Made by a program: the position numbers and the translations under genes. A model generated the notes under the pieces. It was given only the letters and a program-made list of their open reading frames with translations, did no database searches and was not told the DNA's origin. A stretch of DNA of 64,000 nucleotides from Amphiscolops sp. MND2022 (taxonomy: Eukaryota), in assembly GCA_964187785.1 (NCBI GenBank), contig OZ076409.1:21392001-21456000 (forward strand), read 5' to 3'. This document shows positions 11,320 to 23,906 of this stretch, piece by piece. Numbering within the stretch: position 1 is the stretch's first letter; the number at the start of each line of letters is the position of its first letter.

Positions 11320-13026
11320 AGAAGGCACCCAGCAAAGAGATCCTGAGTCTCCAGCTTTGTTTTCGGATTCCATTCAGGATCTGATTGACAGTTTGGAGTC
11401 GAAAATAAACTTATGGTACCTTGTAATGGAAATTTAAGTGATGATTACCGAACCGTTTTGAAAGATCTCAAACAAATTGTTGAAGCGGAAAGACGCTGGG
11501 ACTCAAAATTAAACCCACGAAATGTGAAATTTTTTCCCTGGTGACATCAGTGAAAAACGATGATCGACAATTTTACCATCTTTCCAAAATCTTTGCCCCG
11601 TGATCAAAACACCAAAGAAAGGTGGACTTATCATTCTTGGTTTACCGCTCGGCCCGAAATCACCAGCAGACTTTTTGGAAAAGAAAATTAATGATTTGGA
11701 AAAAGTTAACGGGATTGTTGAAAAACTAGATCCGCACTATGGTTTTTTTATGTTGAAACATTGCTTCAGTTTGTCAAAGTTGTTGTACTTCCTGAGAACC
11801 AGTACATGTTTTAATCATCCAGTTTTCTTGAAGAAATATGACAAAATCGTGCGCGACGGGCTTTCCAAAGTGTGTAACGTGAACTTCGACGATACTTCGA
11901 GTCTGGCTCATGCCTGGCTCTGCTTGCTGAGATGGGTGGTCTTGGGGTTTCATCCGCATCATTAATAGCACTTCCCGCCTTTTTGGCCTCAGCTTTTGGT
12001 GCGAGTGATTTTCTCACGACGAGTTTCTCAGACACATTCGAAAATGTTTCGTTTACAAAAGCGCTTGAGAAGTGGTTGAATTTGACGAATGAACAGGAAA
12101 GTCCTCTCGATGGAACTCAGAAAATTGGACACACTCTGTCTACGTCAAAACCACCCAAGATTTGATTTCTAGAATGGATGACAAACGTTCGAAAGTTTTT
12201 AATGCTCATCAAGGCCAATTCGGGTCTCAATAGCTGAACGGGTGGCTGTAAAGAGGTCGAACTTTTCTGGTCGAAAGGACAGAGGTCGAACCTTTTGATC
12301 GAATTGCAGGGATCGAATGGAATGCGGTCGAATTTTATCGTATTTGTTGTATGGCTTGGTCGCTTCGCTCCCTTCACCAAGTAGCAACATTGAGGCATGG
12401 CCATATGGCACGTCGCTCCGCTTTGCTTCGCTCCTGCATTCAGGGCACTTGGAGTATGTGAACATATCTGACTACGTTATAAAAATTTCGATCCGAGATG
12501 TTTCGACCCCATTCAAAAATTTGGTATGTCGACCTGAGTACTAACTCTGATTTTCGATCCCGTTCCTTCGACCCACTTCCGACCACCCGCGTGGACTGTA
12601 CCGAACTGATGGCAAACGCCCAGACGGTGTTACCATGATTCCTTGGGAAATGGGTAAACAGCTGGTGTGGGATGTCACGGTTGTGGATGCTCTTGCACCC
12701 AGTCGCTTGAATCAAGGCTCTATATGCAACCCGGGAACCACCGCCACCAAGGCTGAAGCGCGCAAAATTGAGAAGTATCGCGAACTATTAGAAAATGGAT
12801 ACATTTTTTAACTGGTTGCCTTGGAAATACAGGGTTCTTGAAGGCGAGAGCAGTGAAATTTACATCACGCGTCTCTGTAAAATGCTCTGTCGTTCGCACG
12901 ACGATGAGCGAGCAGGCAGCTTTTTGAAGCAACGGATTTCAATGGCTCTTCAGATCGGCAATGCGGCCTGTATTCTAGGAATTGTGAGCGACAGAGATGC
13001 GTTCGAAGAAATTTATTACATATAGC
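11320..13026 (+). mobile_element. CRE-like non-LTR retrotransposon relic (RT C-terminus plus restriction-like endonuclease), copy 1
   Basis: CFSLSKLLYFLRTS, GGLGV, RTDGKRPDGVTMIPWEMGKQLVWDVT, FLKQRISMALQIGNAACILG. Similar to ORF 15448-16605. Confidence 0.85.
12240..12588. mobile_element. GGGTGG-ended MITE (core B), inserted in CRE-like copy 1 with an adjacent deletion
   Basis: Highly similar to 13923-14271. Ends GGGTGGCTG...GACCACCC, with GGTCGAA subrepeats. Confidence 0.85.
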
Positions 13027-13149
13027 CTAATTTTTTTGACCTTTTCATCATAGCACCTTTTTAAAAACTTTCTACCGGTCGACTGCATAGTGGCTGGTTT
13101 GAATAGTTTGTTGGTTGTTTTTTTACTGGTCTACTGGTATAGTGGCTGG

Positions 13150-15150
13150 TATCGGGTTCCCTACTTTCGTTGCCACTCAACTTTTCACTGTAGTAATAAA
13201 GGCAAGAAGATGGCCAAGTGATTGGAAATGCTCACATAAAACGCCGATATATCAGTCTGGAAACCCCGAAAGTGTGGAAAATTATCGGCCCATCAGCATT
13301 TTACCACAGCTCTCACTTATTCTTGAAAAATTGCTCTACCGACACATATACCCGCAAGTGCGATTCTCAATCTGTGATGAACAACATGGTATCACAAAGA
13401 AGCGCTCTCCTATTACCTAGCTCTTACTCTATCTAGACGATTTGTACAACCAAAAATATTAACGCTTCTAGTTATGCTATCTACTTCTACTTTCGGAAGG
13501 CCTTCGATTTAGTTCCACATCATATTCTTCTGAAAAAACTGCCAAATTTTAGCTTTGATGAAACTTTTTTGATCTTATTCAAGTCTTACTTATACTCAAG
13601 GTCACAACGAGTATCAATAAATGGCTCCCTCTCCCAGATGGTGGATATTAATAGCGGTGTATTTCAAGGCAGTGTCCTCGGACCTCTTTTCTTCATTATT
13701 TTTATGAATGATTTTCCTGACAAAATTGTCAATTCCTCATGCTATTTCTTTGCAGATGATAGTAAATTACTGTCTCTTCTGACCAAACCTGATTTACAAA
13801 GGGATATTGATCATTTTACTGAATGGGCTTACAGGAACAAAATGGAATATAACATTGACAAGTGCAAGTCAATCTCTTTCGAGGAAACTTTAGCGTCGTC
13901 GGATCTTCTGTTTCTGAACGGTGGGTGGCTGTAAATAGGTCAAATTTTTCTGTTCGAAAGGACCGAGGTCGAACCTTTTGATCGAATTGCAGGGATCGAA
14001 TGGAATGCGGTCGAATTTTATCGTATTTATTGTATGGCTCGGTCGCTTCGCTCCCTTCGCCAAGTAGCAACATTGAGGCATGGCCATATGGCACGTCGCT
14101 CCGCTTCGCTTCGCTCCTGCATTCAGGGCACTAGGGGTATATGAACATATCTGACTACGTTATAAAAGTTTCGATCCGAGTTGTTTCGATCCCATTCAAA
14201 AATTTGGTATGTCGACCTGAGTACTAACTCTGATTTTCGATCACGTTCCTTCGACCTACTTCCGCCCACCCCTGAACGGTAATATTGTCCCCACCGTTGA
14301 CTCAATTGAAGACCTTGGAATCACCATTTCAAACACTATTACATGGGACAACCATATTCAGAAGAAAATGGTGGCTGCTAGAAAAGCTCATCACATCATT
14401 TCTTGAAGCGCTCAATTCCTCATAGTGTTAGTTCTTCCACGAAGCTTATGTACTACAGGTTGTGTGTTCAGAGTATTATACTATACGGATCCCAAATATG
14501 GTTCCCCTCCATTAATTACCGACGGAAGTTGGATCTATTCAATAAAGAATGCCTTTTTTGGGTATTATATATAATATAATTTCTAAAATGAAGCCCCTCT
14601 TTGCGGGCAGGTATGAAACAGAACAATTTAAGAACAGTTACAATATGGTGGAAGCATACATATTAGGCAGGATCGCCTACGGCAGTTTTTTGGGTAACTC
14701 GTTTACATAATTATTCACAGCAGCTGGCAGCGTCAAATACCCTACCCCTATTATTCTATTTGGATCTAAATGACATGGACTTCCTCAACAAGGCCATAAA
14801 TAACAAATATGACCTAAATCTCAGCACCTTTATTTGTTTCAGCAAACGTTGCAAAGATCTCAGAAATTCCAAATACCAACAACTCCTGCCAGTCGAAAGA
14901 TGTCGCAAATTCTCCACGAGAGACTCCTTCTTCCAACTTCCTCGCCACAAAAAAGATTGACATTTTTGACCCAACTGAAAAATTTAAACATGAACTCATG
15001 GCATACCTACGCAATCAAGTCCCAATGTTCAATTTAGACCGAAGCTGCTCCTGGTTTATGAAATGTCTCTGTAGCATCTGCCGCTCTTAGATTTGATCCA
15101 CTCAGTTTGTAAGAGCCTACATTACAACTGCTTGAATGTTCGTTTATATA
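13150..15150 (+). mobile_element. 5'-truncated CR1/L2-like LINE (RT)
   Basis: NYRPISILP, FRKAFDLV, SGVFQGSVLGPL, FADDSKL, DLGI. Frameshifted. Confidence 0.85.
13923..14271. mobile_element. Mutator-like MITE (core B), 349 bp, 9-bp TSD
   Basis: Perfect TSD CTGAACGGT at 13914-13922 and 14272-14280. Termini GGGTGG/CCACCC. Confidence 0.9.
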
Positions 15151-15169
15151 AAAAGGGAATTAAGTCTTC

Positions 15170-16673
15170 TAAGTCTACCTCGACGACGGAAACCTTTCGG
15201 ATGACAATCGGACGGTTTTTGAGGACCTCAAACGAATCATCGCTAGAGCCGACGAGTATGGGTTATCACTCGAGAAAACTAAATGTTACCTGATTTTCCT
15301 CGGAAATTGTACCGAAAGTTCAAAAAAAAGAATCAAAGCGCTTTTTGACGACGTTTGCCCGGGTATTAAAGTGGAGGATTGTGAGAATTTGGAAATTTTA
15401 GGGTCGCCAATGGGCGCAAGTGCTCGACGAGACCTGTTGAACAAAAAATGATTGAATTGCAAAATTTATCTGAAGTCGTTACGAAATTAGATGCCCACTT
15501 TGGTTTCTACTTGTTGAAGAACTGCTTTAGTCTACCTAAACTACTATACTTTCTTCGTACCAGCCCTTGCTTTGAAGAGGTGGACCTCCTACAGCAGTAT
15601 GATTCCATTATCCGCAAATCATTGTCCAAAATCTGCAATGTGAATTTTGATGAAAGCAGCTATACTCAAGCGATTCTCCCAGTCTCCAAAGGGGGCATAG
15701 GCATTGCATCGGCTTCCCAGATTGCTCTTCCTGCTTTTTTAGCTTCAGCATCGGGTGCCAAACGTGCTTTGTCGTGTATCCTCCCGGAAGACTATGTTGA
15801 TGCATCGTTTGAAAAGGCTCTGGATTTATGGTTGGCGAGGGCGAACCTGATAGAAGCACCGTCGGACTCCATCCAAAAACATTGGACCTCACCTCTGAGC
15901 GATGCTACTTTTGATCAACTTATTACAGACCTTGATGCGGAAAATGTCAAAAGGCTGAATGCTTATCAAGACCCCTTTGGTTCAGCTTGGCTGAATGTTG
16001 TACCAAGCAAAAATCTCGGTCTGAAGTTGACAGATCAGCAACTGCGCATCTCCTTATCCCTCCGCCTGGGTTCGAAAATTTGCGAGAAACACACTTGCCG
16101 CTGCGGTAAACTTGTCGAAGAGAACGGACATCATGGTCTTTCCTGTGCCAGAAGCGCGGGACGTTTCTCGAGGCACCACAACCTCAATACTCTCGTGAAA
16201 CAGGCGTTGAGTTCCATCAAAGTTCCCTCAATTTTGGAACCATATGGTCTGACCCGAACAGATGGAAAGCGCCCAGATGGAACTACCCTTGCGCCCTGGG
16301 AGGGAGGCAAGCAATTAGTCTGGGATGTTACTTGTGTCGATCTTCTCGCCCTCAGTAGAATAGAGAACGGGTCTGTTGCCAATCCAGGCACAGCAGCGGA
16401 GGATGCAGAGGAATTGAAAACGGCTAAGTACGTTTGTTTGACTGACAAAGGATACATCTTCCAACCCTTAGCCTTTGAAATTCAGGGAGGAGTCGGACTT
16501 TCCACGTCTACCTTCTTGAAAAACCTCTGTAAAGAATTGTGCGTGTGCAATCAAGAAAATAGAGCCGGGTCCTTTTTCAGGCAGAGACTCTCGCAATCCA
16601 GGTAGGCAATGCGGCCAGTGTAGTTGGAACGGTTCGGGGCGAAGACCACTTAAGCGAACCTTACTACTTGTAA
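15170..16673 (+). mobile_element. CRE-like non-LTR retrotransposon, 5'-truncated copy 2
   Basis: YLDDGNLSDD at about 15174, followed by ORF 15448-16605. The terminal GNAASVVGTV is out of frame. Confidence 0.9.
15448..16605 (+). pseudogene. RT thumb, zinc knuckle and PD-(D/E)xK restriction-like endonuclease of the CRE-like element
   Basis: KGGIGI; CRCG...HGLSC; RHH; KRPDG...WDVT...EELKTAKY; FQPLAFEIQG. Confidence 0.85.
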
Positions 16674-17176
16674 ATCCGCGTTTTAATGTCCGTTTTGTTT
16701 CATTAAGAAATATGTCTTCTTTGCTTCGTAATCGTTACCAGTTCACATGCCTCTTTGAGTTTCTGAATTGAGATTCCTCCTGGGTCCTTTGAATTCTCTG
16801 GTTGCATGATCCTTTCCTTGTTTTTTTTATGTTTCCTATGTTGGTTGGATTTTTTTGTCTGCCGCCCGGGCTGGGGGCACATGATGAATACAGAAGCGTT
16901 TTTTAAGAAACGCTGATTGATGACGACGATCCAATTCTGATTGCCTAAAGTCTTCTAGTAGTAGTTGCAGACCACGGGTGTGTGTCTTCTCCCCCCAACA
17001 TGATTGTACACATGGCACTTGATTGATGGCGAAGATCCATGATATCTAACGAGACCCCAGGCAGTGCCCATGTTCCTTGAAACTATGTGGCAAAATATGA
17101 ACACCTTTTAGCTGTGAAGTTCATCTATGTATTTCCGAATCTTTGTTATTCAGAACAAACATTTAGTTATTTTCAG

Positions 17177-17846
17177 ATGTCTGTTGAACGATTTCCGACT
17201 TCTTTGAAGTGCAACGTCGACCTTGTAGACTTGGAATCAAAAATCAGCCAGAATATAAAAAACTACAAAGACGCAACACTCAGCCTTGGAAGAGATTCTT
17301 TCAAGGATCTGGTTATTCTCATCGAACAGAAAAGCAATTCTCGTAAAATAGTTCTGGGGAAAGAGTTGAAGTTTTACAAATCTTGTGCCAAGGAAGGAAA
17401 AGCGGGGTTTGAAGTGGTTGGTAAGAAGAGATTTTTAATCAACAATGCAGCGCCTCAACCATTGACGTCATTCCTCAGTTTAATTGCCTTGAAAAGCAAG
17501 AAAACTAATCAGAATAAGGGTTTTGTCGCATCGGCGAATCATCGTTTGAATAACGGATTCCTTGGATCTGGGTTCAATGAAATCAGCCCTTTAACTAATA
17601 ACGAAATAAACCAATACGGCAATACTGGACAACTTCGGAAAAGTTCTGAATCAGATATTTCGTCTACTCCAAAGGGACCGGGGCTGAAAAGGAAACAATT
17701 TTCAGCTGAAACAGATTTTGATAGCGACTCTGCAAGTATATGCTCAGGAAGTTTTTCCGTGAAGTCATCACAGAGTAATTCGACGTCTATAACCAGTCAA
17801 CCATTGAACAGTGAACAACAATATGTCGTGAGCTGCGTCCTTCAAG
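17177..17846 (+). CDS. PIF1: PIF1 DNA helicase, exon 1 (N-terminal domain plus linker)
   Basis: ATG directly after TTTCAG. TLSLGRD...EGKA resembles the metazoan PIF1 N-terminus and the exon ends LNSEQQYVVSCVLQ. Phase-1 GT donor at 17847. Confidence 0.85.
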
Positions 17847-18361
17847 GTCAGACTTTCAAATTTTTCCTACCTCTACATTCAAGTATCTCAATTTAATTCA
17901 TATGCTGAAGATGAAAAGTGCATCACGAGACACAAATATGTTTCAGCAAAAGTAAAATATCCACTTTTGAGTCAGACTCTTGGTGCCCTGAATATGAAAC
18001 TCTCATATGACTTCAACTTTCAATAGAATTCGGGAAACTTTTGTTTCGATTCCATTGTCATGAAGCCATTGCGAATTTATTTGTAGTAAATGGTATTCAT
18101 TTGTTTGATCTGACGCATTAAGCCTTCAATATCGAAATTATAGCGATTTGGATTTTTTGGCATCATGCGATTTTTTGTAAGAACTCAATGCTTCATAGTG
18201 TTTTTCATTTGCTTTATTTGACATTTTATTATAGATGAAACATAAAAAATTGTCGCAATATGAAAAATGGATACGGACGTAATAATTGGAAGTATTCTGA
18301 AATGCCGCTCCCAACGACCTCAATCACCTGGAAGTCAACCTGCAGCTTTGCCTAGGCCAGC

Positions 18362-20533
18362 ATGACGGAAACGTCTGATGAAAAAGAGTTGCGGAGTCGA
18401 TATTGTAATAAATATCCTTTTCTCATGGGTAATTGCAGTGGCCCAGATTGATTGGAGGGTCAGATTTGCAATGTTGGAAACAGTTATTTAGTGTTTATTG
18501 ACCGTTCCGATCAATCTTGGAATCTATTTCTTTAAAGGGAAAAGTATTTTATATAAAAGATTCCTTTGGTTAGATTTTAGTTTCAAGGTAAAGAAAGCAT
18601 CGATTGAATAAAGGTAATTCAACAGAAAAGTTTGAGTTGATCATAATTTGCGTGGGAGAAAGTCTTTCGAAAGTCCAAGTTGGCGGAAATGTTCAATTGC
18701 CTTTTCCGGAAGTGTGAAAAGTTCGTTCTGAATTTCGGACTCGGAGTTGAATCTTTCTTGAGAATTGTTTTGAAGCCACGTGAAATATTCTTTTCGAGAT
18801 GATCACTAACAGCCGGCCTCATTTTGCAACGCAAAATAAATTTCCAAAGTGAAGATCGAAAAAAGTCTTAGTTTTCAGTTCCATCTTGATAAACGAAGTT
18901 TAAAGGTGCAAGCTGTACTGCTGGGTATTCCTTCTCACCCAGTCGAGTTTTGATTAGATATCTCTTGAAGTGGGTTGAATCGTGTGACAGTGCCTCAATG
19001 ACACGACCCAAAGGCCATAAGCCTCTTGGAGTGAATTGTTTCAGAATACAAACTAGCGTACCTGGTTTCAAATCTATGGTTTTAGCTGTCCCTTCCTTTC
19101 TCGAATCAAGCGTTCCCACACACCTCCGAAATGAGAAGCCTGAGCAGGGTTGAAATGCCATTGTATTTCTAAATTGGTGAGAAAGTCATGTACTTGAGTA
19201 GACTCGAAAATTTTTTGTTGTTTCTCGGCAGCAATGAAGTTCGTTCCTCGATCAGATACTAGTTGCGCTGGATAACCTCACCGAGAAAAGAAACGTTGCA
19301 GGGCGTTCATGGTTGCATCGGATGAGAGGTCGACACACATTTCTAAATGAACCGCTCTTGTAGTCAGACAAGTAAGTATGAGCGCGTATCGTTTGTTGTA
19401 AGTAGACGAAGATTTAGAAGCGAAGGGACCAAACAAGTCCAAACCAGTTTGTTGGAAAGGGAAAGGTTTTTCAGCTGGGAAGCGGAATTCAGGAAGGGGC
19501 GACATCTGTGAGAACTCATCAGCTGCCTGTTGTCGGCAACAACCGCGGCAACGTTTGAGCATTTTACGAATTTCGTTTGAAATTGAAAGAATCCAAAACT
19601 CATTCTGATGCAATGCTTTTGTGTGCTGTAGATGGGAATGACTATTGGTAACGTGGATATGTCGTATAAACAATTTAACCATAGGATGTTTGCCATCCAA
19701 GATATTCGGATGTTTTTGGCAATAATCAAAATCCGATTTCTGGAGGCGGCCTCCAGCTCGAATGAACTCATCGGCTGAAACGAAAGGACTCAATTGTATT
19801 AAACGACTGCTTTTTTCAACCGGTCCTTTGGTGACTAGATCTCGTATTTCCTGATGAAAGGTGTCTCTTTGGGACTGACGTAAAAGGTACAGTTTTGTAT
19901 TTGAAAGATCATGAGGCGTAGTGCAACCTTGATTATAATTTGCGTGGAAGAAAGTCTTTCGAAAGTCCAAGTTGGCGGAAATGTTCAGTTGCCTTTTCCG
20001 GAAGTGTGCAAAGTTTGTTCTGAATTTCGGAGTTGAATCTTCCTTGAGAATTGTTTTGAAGCCACGTGAAATATTCTTTTCGAGATGATCACTAACATCT
20101 GAAGTCAACGCCATATCTAGGCTCAAGAAGCGCAAAGTTTTTAAAATAAGCCCAGAGAGTATTTATCATAAGCTCAGAAAACAGTTTTGAGACACAAACG
20201 GTGCCTTTCATGCTCGATAAGTCTCGGAAAGCATTTTTCCCCAACTGGTGCCAAATCATTTTTTATTGAAATAAACTTCAGATTTTTTTTCGTAAAATGT
20301 CGCACATTGGCGAAAAATTGAAAGGGAGACCCTTTATCTCGTTCGGTTTACTAGGTTACGTTTAAAAACTATAAAATAAATGGGGACCCCTTTGCATCCA
20401 GTTTCCGCTGTCCGGACTTGGCTCTAGTAGTTTCTGTAAAAAGTTTCAATGTGAGGTCTGTCGTCTGAAGAAGAAAAAGGTCACTGTAAGAGTCGCTCAT
20501 TTTTCTTTTAAAGGAAAATACGCCGACTAAAAA
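18362..20533 (-). mobile_element. Helentron/DINE-like non-autonomous element, family A (split by the BEL/Pao insertion)
   Basis: 5' end CGCCGACTAAAAA at 20521-20533. The 3' hairpin and subTIR rejoin across the TSD and match 61690-61740. Confidence 0.75.
18379..20097 (-). mobile_element. Internally deleted BEL/Pao LTR retrotransposon (integrase remnant; 3' LTR 18379-18811, partial 5' LTR about 19930-20097)
   Basis: TG...CA ends, 5-bp TSD TCTGA (18374-18378 and 20098-20102), purine-rich tract before the 3' LTR. Protein motifs GLDLFGP, TCLTTRAVHLE, WPLGRV. Confidence 0.9.
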
Positions 20534-20639
20534 TGAACAATATAATTCTCGTGCACTTTACTCACCCACTTGTGCAATGGCAGTATATTGAATTGCGCTT
20601 TTGCGATTTCCGAAGTCAAGTGGAGAACACTGGTATGTT

Positions 20640-21780
20640 CAGAAGTGGTACGCCGACGACGGAAAACTGAAAGATCTACATCGACTCCATGAAGCTCTAG
20701 CGTTTGGATAACACATTACCAGGGGCCAACTTATAGTGAAAAAATCACAGTCAGTGCCATGGAAACCTGCTCGGCACGACTCGAAAACGAAGTGGCAGAG
20801 CAGGTAAAGACCATCTCCAAACTCGCAGCGCACCCAAACTGCCCCTCAGAATGTCTATCAAGCGATACCAGAGGAATGCGAAACAAACTCGAACAACACC
20901 CGACATGGAAGAGTATCTGCAGGGGCCCGAGAATCTAATTAGAGAAAGCCTGAGTCCATAACTGACAGGAAAAACCAACGACCAATGATAGAATTTTTTA
21001 TCCCTACCTGTGAGAAATGGAGGCCTCAAAATCACTTTCCAAAGACAAGAAAAGTAACCTTAGATGTTTCCTATCCCTCGGTGACTGCTTGCATAACGCC
21101 GATCTCTTAGCAGCTGGAAACTCGCAACAAGGATAAGCGCACTATCAAAGAAGATCTCGACGGAAAAATAGATACTGAGACAAGACGGCTCGACAGATCA
21201 GCTCTACGCCCTGCAACTGGAGTCCCAGAAAGGGGCATCCACTTAGCCTAAAACTTAACTCCTCAAGAGATACGGGTTCTCATTAACAAAGACCGAGTTC
21301 CACGACTGTCTTCTAATTCGATATGGATGGGAACGGAAAAATATCCCATGTCTCCTTGGACAGAATTTTGGTTTAGCGTACGCACTGCACTGTGCCAAAG
21401 GCGGATACACACATGAGACATAATGAAATCGGCGACACTTTTGCAAATCTCATGAAAGATGTTTGCTTCAATGTAGAACTTGAACCAAAGCTTCACCCGT
21501 TAGAAGGCTAGTCCTTCGATTACAGAACAACGACCGCTGAAGACGAGACCAGGTAGTATATCACAGCAAATGCTCTCGGTAACAAGATTTAATCGTACGT
21601 TTTTCACTGTGAAAGTTTTCAATCATGCAAAGTCCTGCCCTAGAACGATCAAGGAATCAAATATCATGAAACTCAAAAAATGTTGTAGTACGTCCAAGGT
21701 GAAAACAGTTCCTTTAACCCATTGGTATTTGCCACCACAGGTGGAGACGCACCGCATTAACTGCCTCTATGATTAGAATA
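20640..21780 (+). mobile_element. Highly degraded CRE-like retrotransposon relic (WYADDG subtype), copy 3
   Basis: WYADDG at about 20646, LPVRNGGL at about 21003, CAKGGYTHMRHNEI at about 21391, VELEPKLHP and TAEDETR. Many frameshifts. Confidence 0.75.
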
Positions 21781-21859
21781 CGCTTGCCAAGCCAATAACT
21801 TTTAAATACGTGAATAAGGTTCCCTTTGATTTAGCTAAAGTTTTCGGAAAATTCTTCAG

Positions 21860-22190
21860 TAAATCGCATAGCGGGAAAAAACCCTAACTGGTCCCTCTAT
21901 GCTCACTACACACTGTTTATGCTATAAATTGAAGGGGCTTTGGATTTAAAAATTTCAGAAACAGAGTCAAAGAGTGCCAAAAAACCCAAAAGTTAGACCC
22001 TTTCATTCTCCACTTTTTGAATGAAAAATTAGTGTGGGACTCGAAGCCACTTGTTCCTGTTCTCAGGCCCGGAAATTCCCGCTAACCTATAGACCAAGAG
22101 GCGGGAGCAGATTAGGAATTGTGTCAGTTCGTGGATTTGAAAAAGCCACTACTGTAGTTTGTGTTTTCTGTCGAAAACGGCGACTAAAAA
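21860..22190 (-). mobile_element. Family A Helentron-like fragment with a tRNA-like cassette (22031-22105)
   Basis: 5' end GGCGACTAAAAA. On the minus strand, A box TGGTCTATAGG and B box GCTTCGAGTCC. Confidence 0.65.
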
Positions 22191-22339
22191 TCAGTGAACT
22201 TTGATTTGTCATCAATGACTTTTTTTATAATAACTGGAACTTTTCAATGGATGTAACTCCCACTCTTTCGGGTCAACAATCAGTGAGTGCATGAGTGCAG
22301 TAGTTCGGACTTGTGTGTGTTTCTTTTGGTTCGTTTCAC

Positions 22340-22596
22340 CAGGATTGGTTAAAACTTTCTAAACCAGAGTTTCAGATGTGACCGCCAAAACAAAACGCCA
22401 GTTTGCAGACTTTTCCAGGTTTCAGTCTATTCCGAATATTTCCTCTCATGAAATTCTTCTCACGCCACATCAAGCGGGCGTCGTCCTTTTTTCATAATCC
22501 TGAAAAAACAACAAGACAAGGGATTCTGCGCACCCTTGGAAACTAGCGTTGTTTTAAAACAGTTTTCAAACACCGTTTTAAAACATGTCAACTCTG
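22340..22596. mobile_element. Degraded hAT MITE
   Basis: Ends CAGGATTGG/CAACTCTG resemble those of 41714-42139. Flanks CGTTTCAC/ATTTTCAC match 6 of 8. Confidence 0.6.
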
Positions 22597-22641
22597 ATTT
22601 TCACTGAATACTGAGGTTTGTCTAACAGTCCATGACTTCAG

Positions 22642-22849
22642 GTCAGAGCATTTTCTTCACGGGGAGTGCTGGAACAGGGAAATCTTTTCTGTTGAAAAAA
22701 TTGATATCTCACCTGGCCCCGGAGACAACGGTAGTGGCTGCGAGTACTGGAATGGCTGCGTGTCAAATATCTGGAACCACATTCCACTCGTTTGCCGGAA
22801 TCGGAACTGGCTCTGAGTCTTATGATGAATGTCTCAATCGTGTTATGAG
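22642..22849 (+). CDS. PIF1: PIF1 exon 2 (Walker A)
   Basis: [37 protein letters not shown]...CAG acceptor and GTAGGG donor. Confidence 0.95.
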
Positions 22850-22907
22850 GTAGGGCAAACACTTTTTAGAGTAATGCTTTGGAACCAGTTTTTGAGGAAT
22901 TATATAC

Positions 22908-23108
22908 AACAAGACGCCCGCTAAGCACCGGGATATTTTCCGCCCTGTTCGCCTTCACCAACTGAGCCATAGCTATTTTAGGAGGGGAATAGGATCTAAA
23001 GAATAAGATCTAAAATTTAGTGATTTTAGATCTTATTCCCGCCCTGAAATTTTAGATCTTATTCCCTTTAGATCTTATTCCCTTTTTTGACTTTAGATAT
23101 TATTCCCG
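22908..23108 (-). repeat. Family C Helentron-like 3' end plus a small TTAGATCTTATTCCC repeat element in PIF1 intron 2
   Basis: AACAAGACGCCCGCT...GATATTTTCCGC also occurs at 32430. Inverted and tandem 15-mers at about 22985-23108. Confidence 0.6.
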
Positions 23109-23302
23109 CTGTATGCTATTTTAGTTACTTGACTATTTTAGTTACCAGTAGCTATATAAAATAGTCAATTAATCAAAAGGTGGAGATTTGGCAAAATTTG
23201 GGGAAAAACGCGTCACAGATCATGATTTTCCTCCCCGATCATCATGATGTGCTCCGCGATGCTTTTTTAAATACTTACAATTACTCATTTTGTTTGTTCC
23301 AG

Positions 23303-23906
23303 CAAGCCAGCGGTTGTGAAAAATTATCGGAAATGTCGAACTTTAATCATTGACGAGATCTCAATGATAGACGGAGATTTCTTCGACAAAGTGGAATATG
23401 TAGCTCGCAGTGTCAACCGCAACGATAAACCTTTCGGAGGAATACAATTGGTACTTTCTGGAGACTTTCTTCAACTTCCTCCGGTGAATAAACCCGGAGA
23501 AGCAGTCAAAAAGTTCTGTTTTGAGGCCGGATGCTGGAACGAGTGCATAAATAAATCAATTGAGTTGAGAACTGTCAAGAGACAATCGGATGAAAAGTTC
23601 ATCAAGATTCTCCAACTGATGCGAATTGGGCAGCTTTCAGACAACCACAAGAAGATACTGCTGGACACGGCTTCTCAGAACATAGAAAAGAACGGAATAA
23701 AGGCGACAATTTTGTGCACACATAAAGAGGATTCAAATGCCATAAATGAGAGCAGACTTGATAGTTTGGATGGTCAAGAGAACGCGTACAGTGCAGTGGA
23801 CTCGGGAGACAAGGCCAAGTTGAATGTACTCACCAACGCCAAGGACAGATTGGTGCTCAGAGTTGGAGCTCAAGTCATGTTGACCAAAAACATGTCCACG
23901 TCACAG
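23303..23906 (+). CDS. PIF1: PIF1 exon 3 (Walker B, motif III)
   Basis: LIIDEISM, PFGGIQLVLSGDFLQLPPV, GAQVMLTKN. Frame-compatible AG/GT boundaries. Confidence 0.95.
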
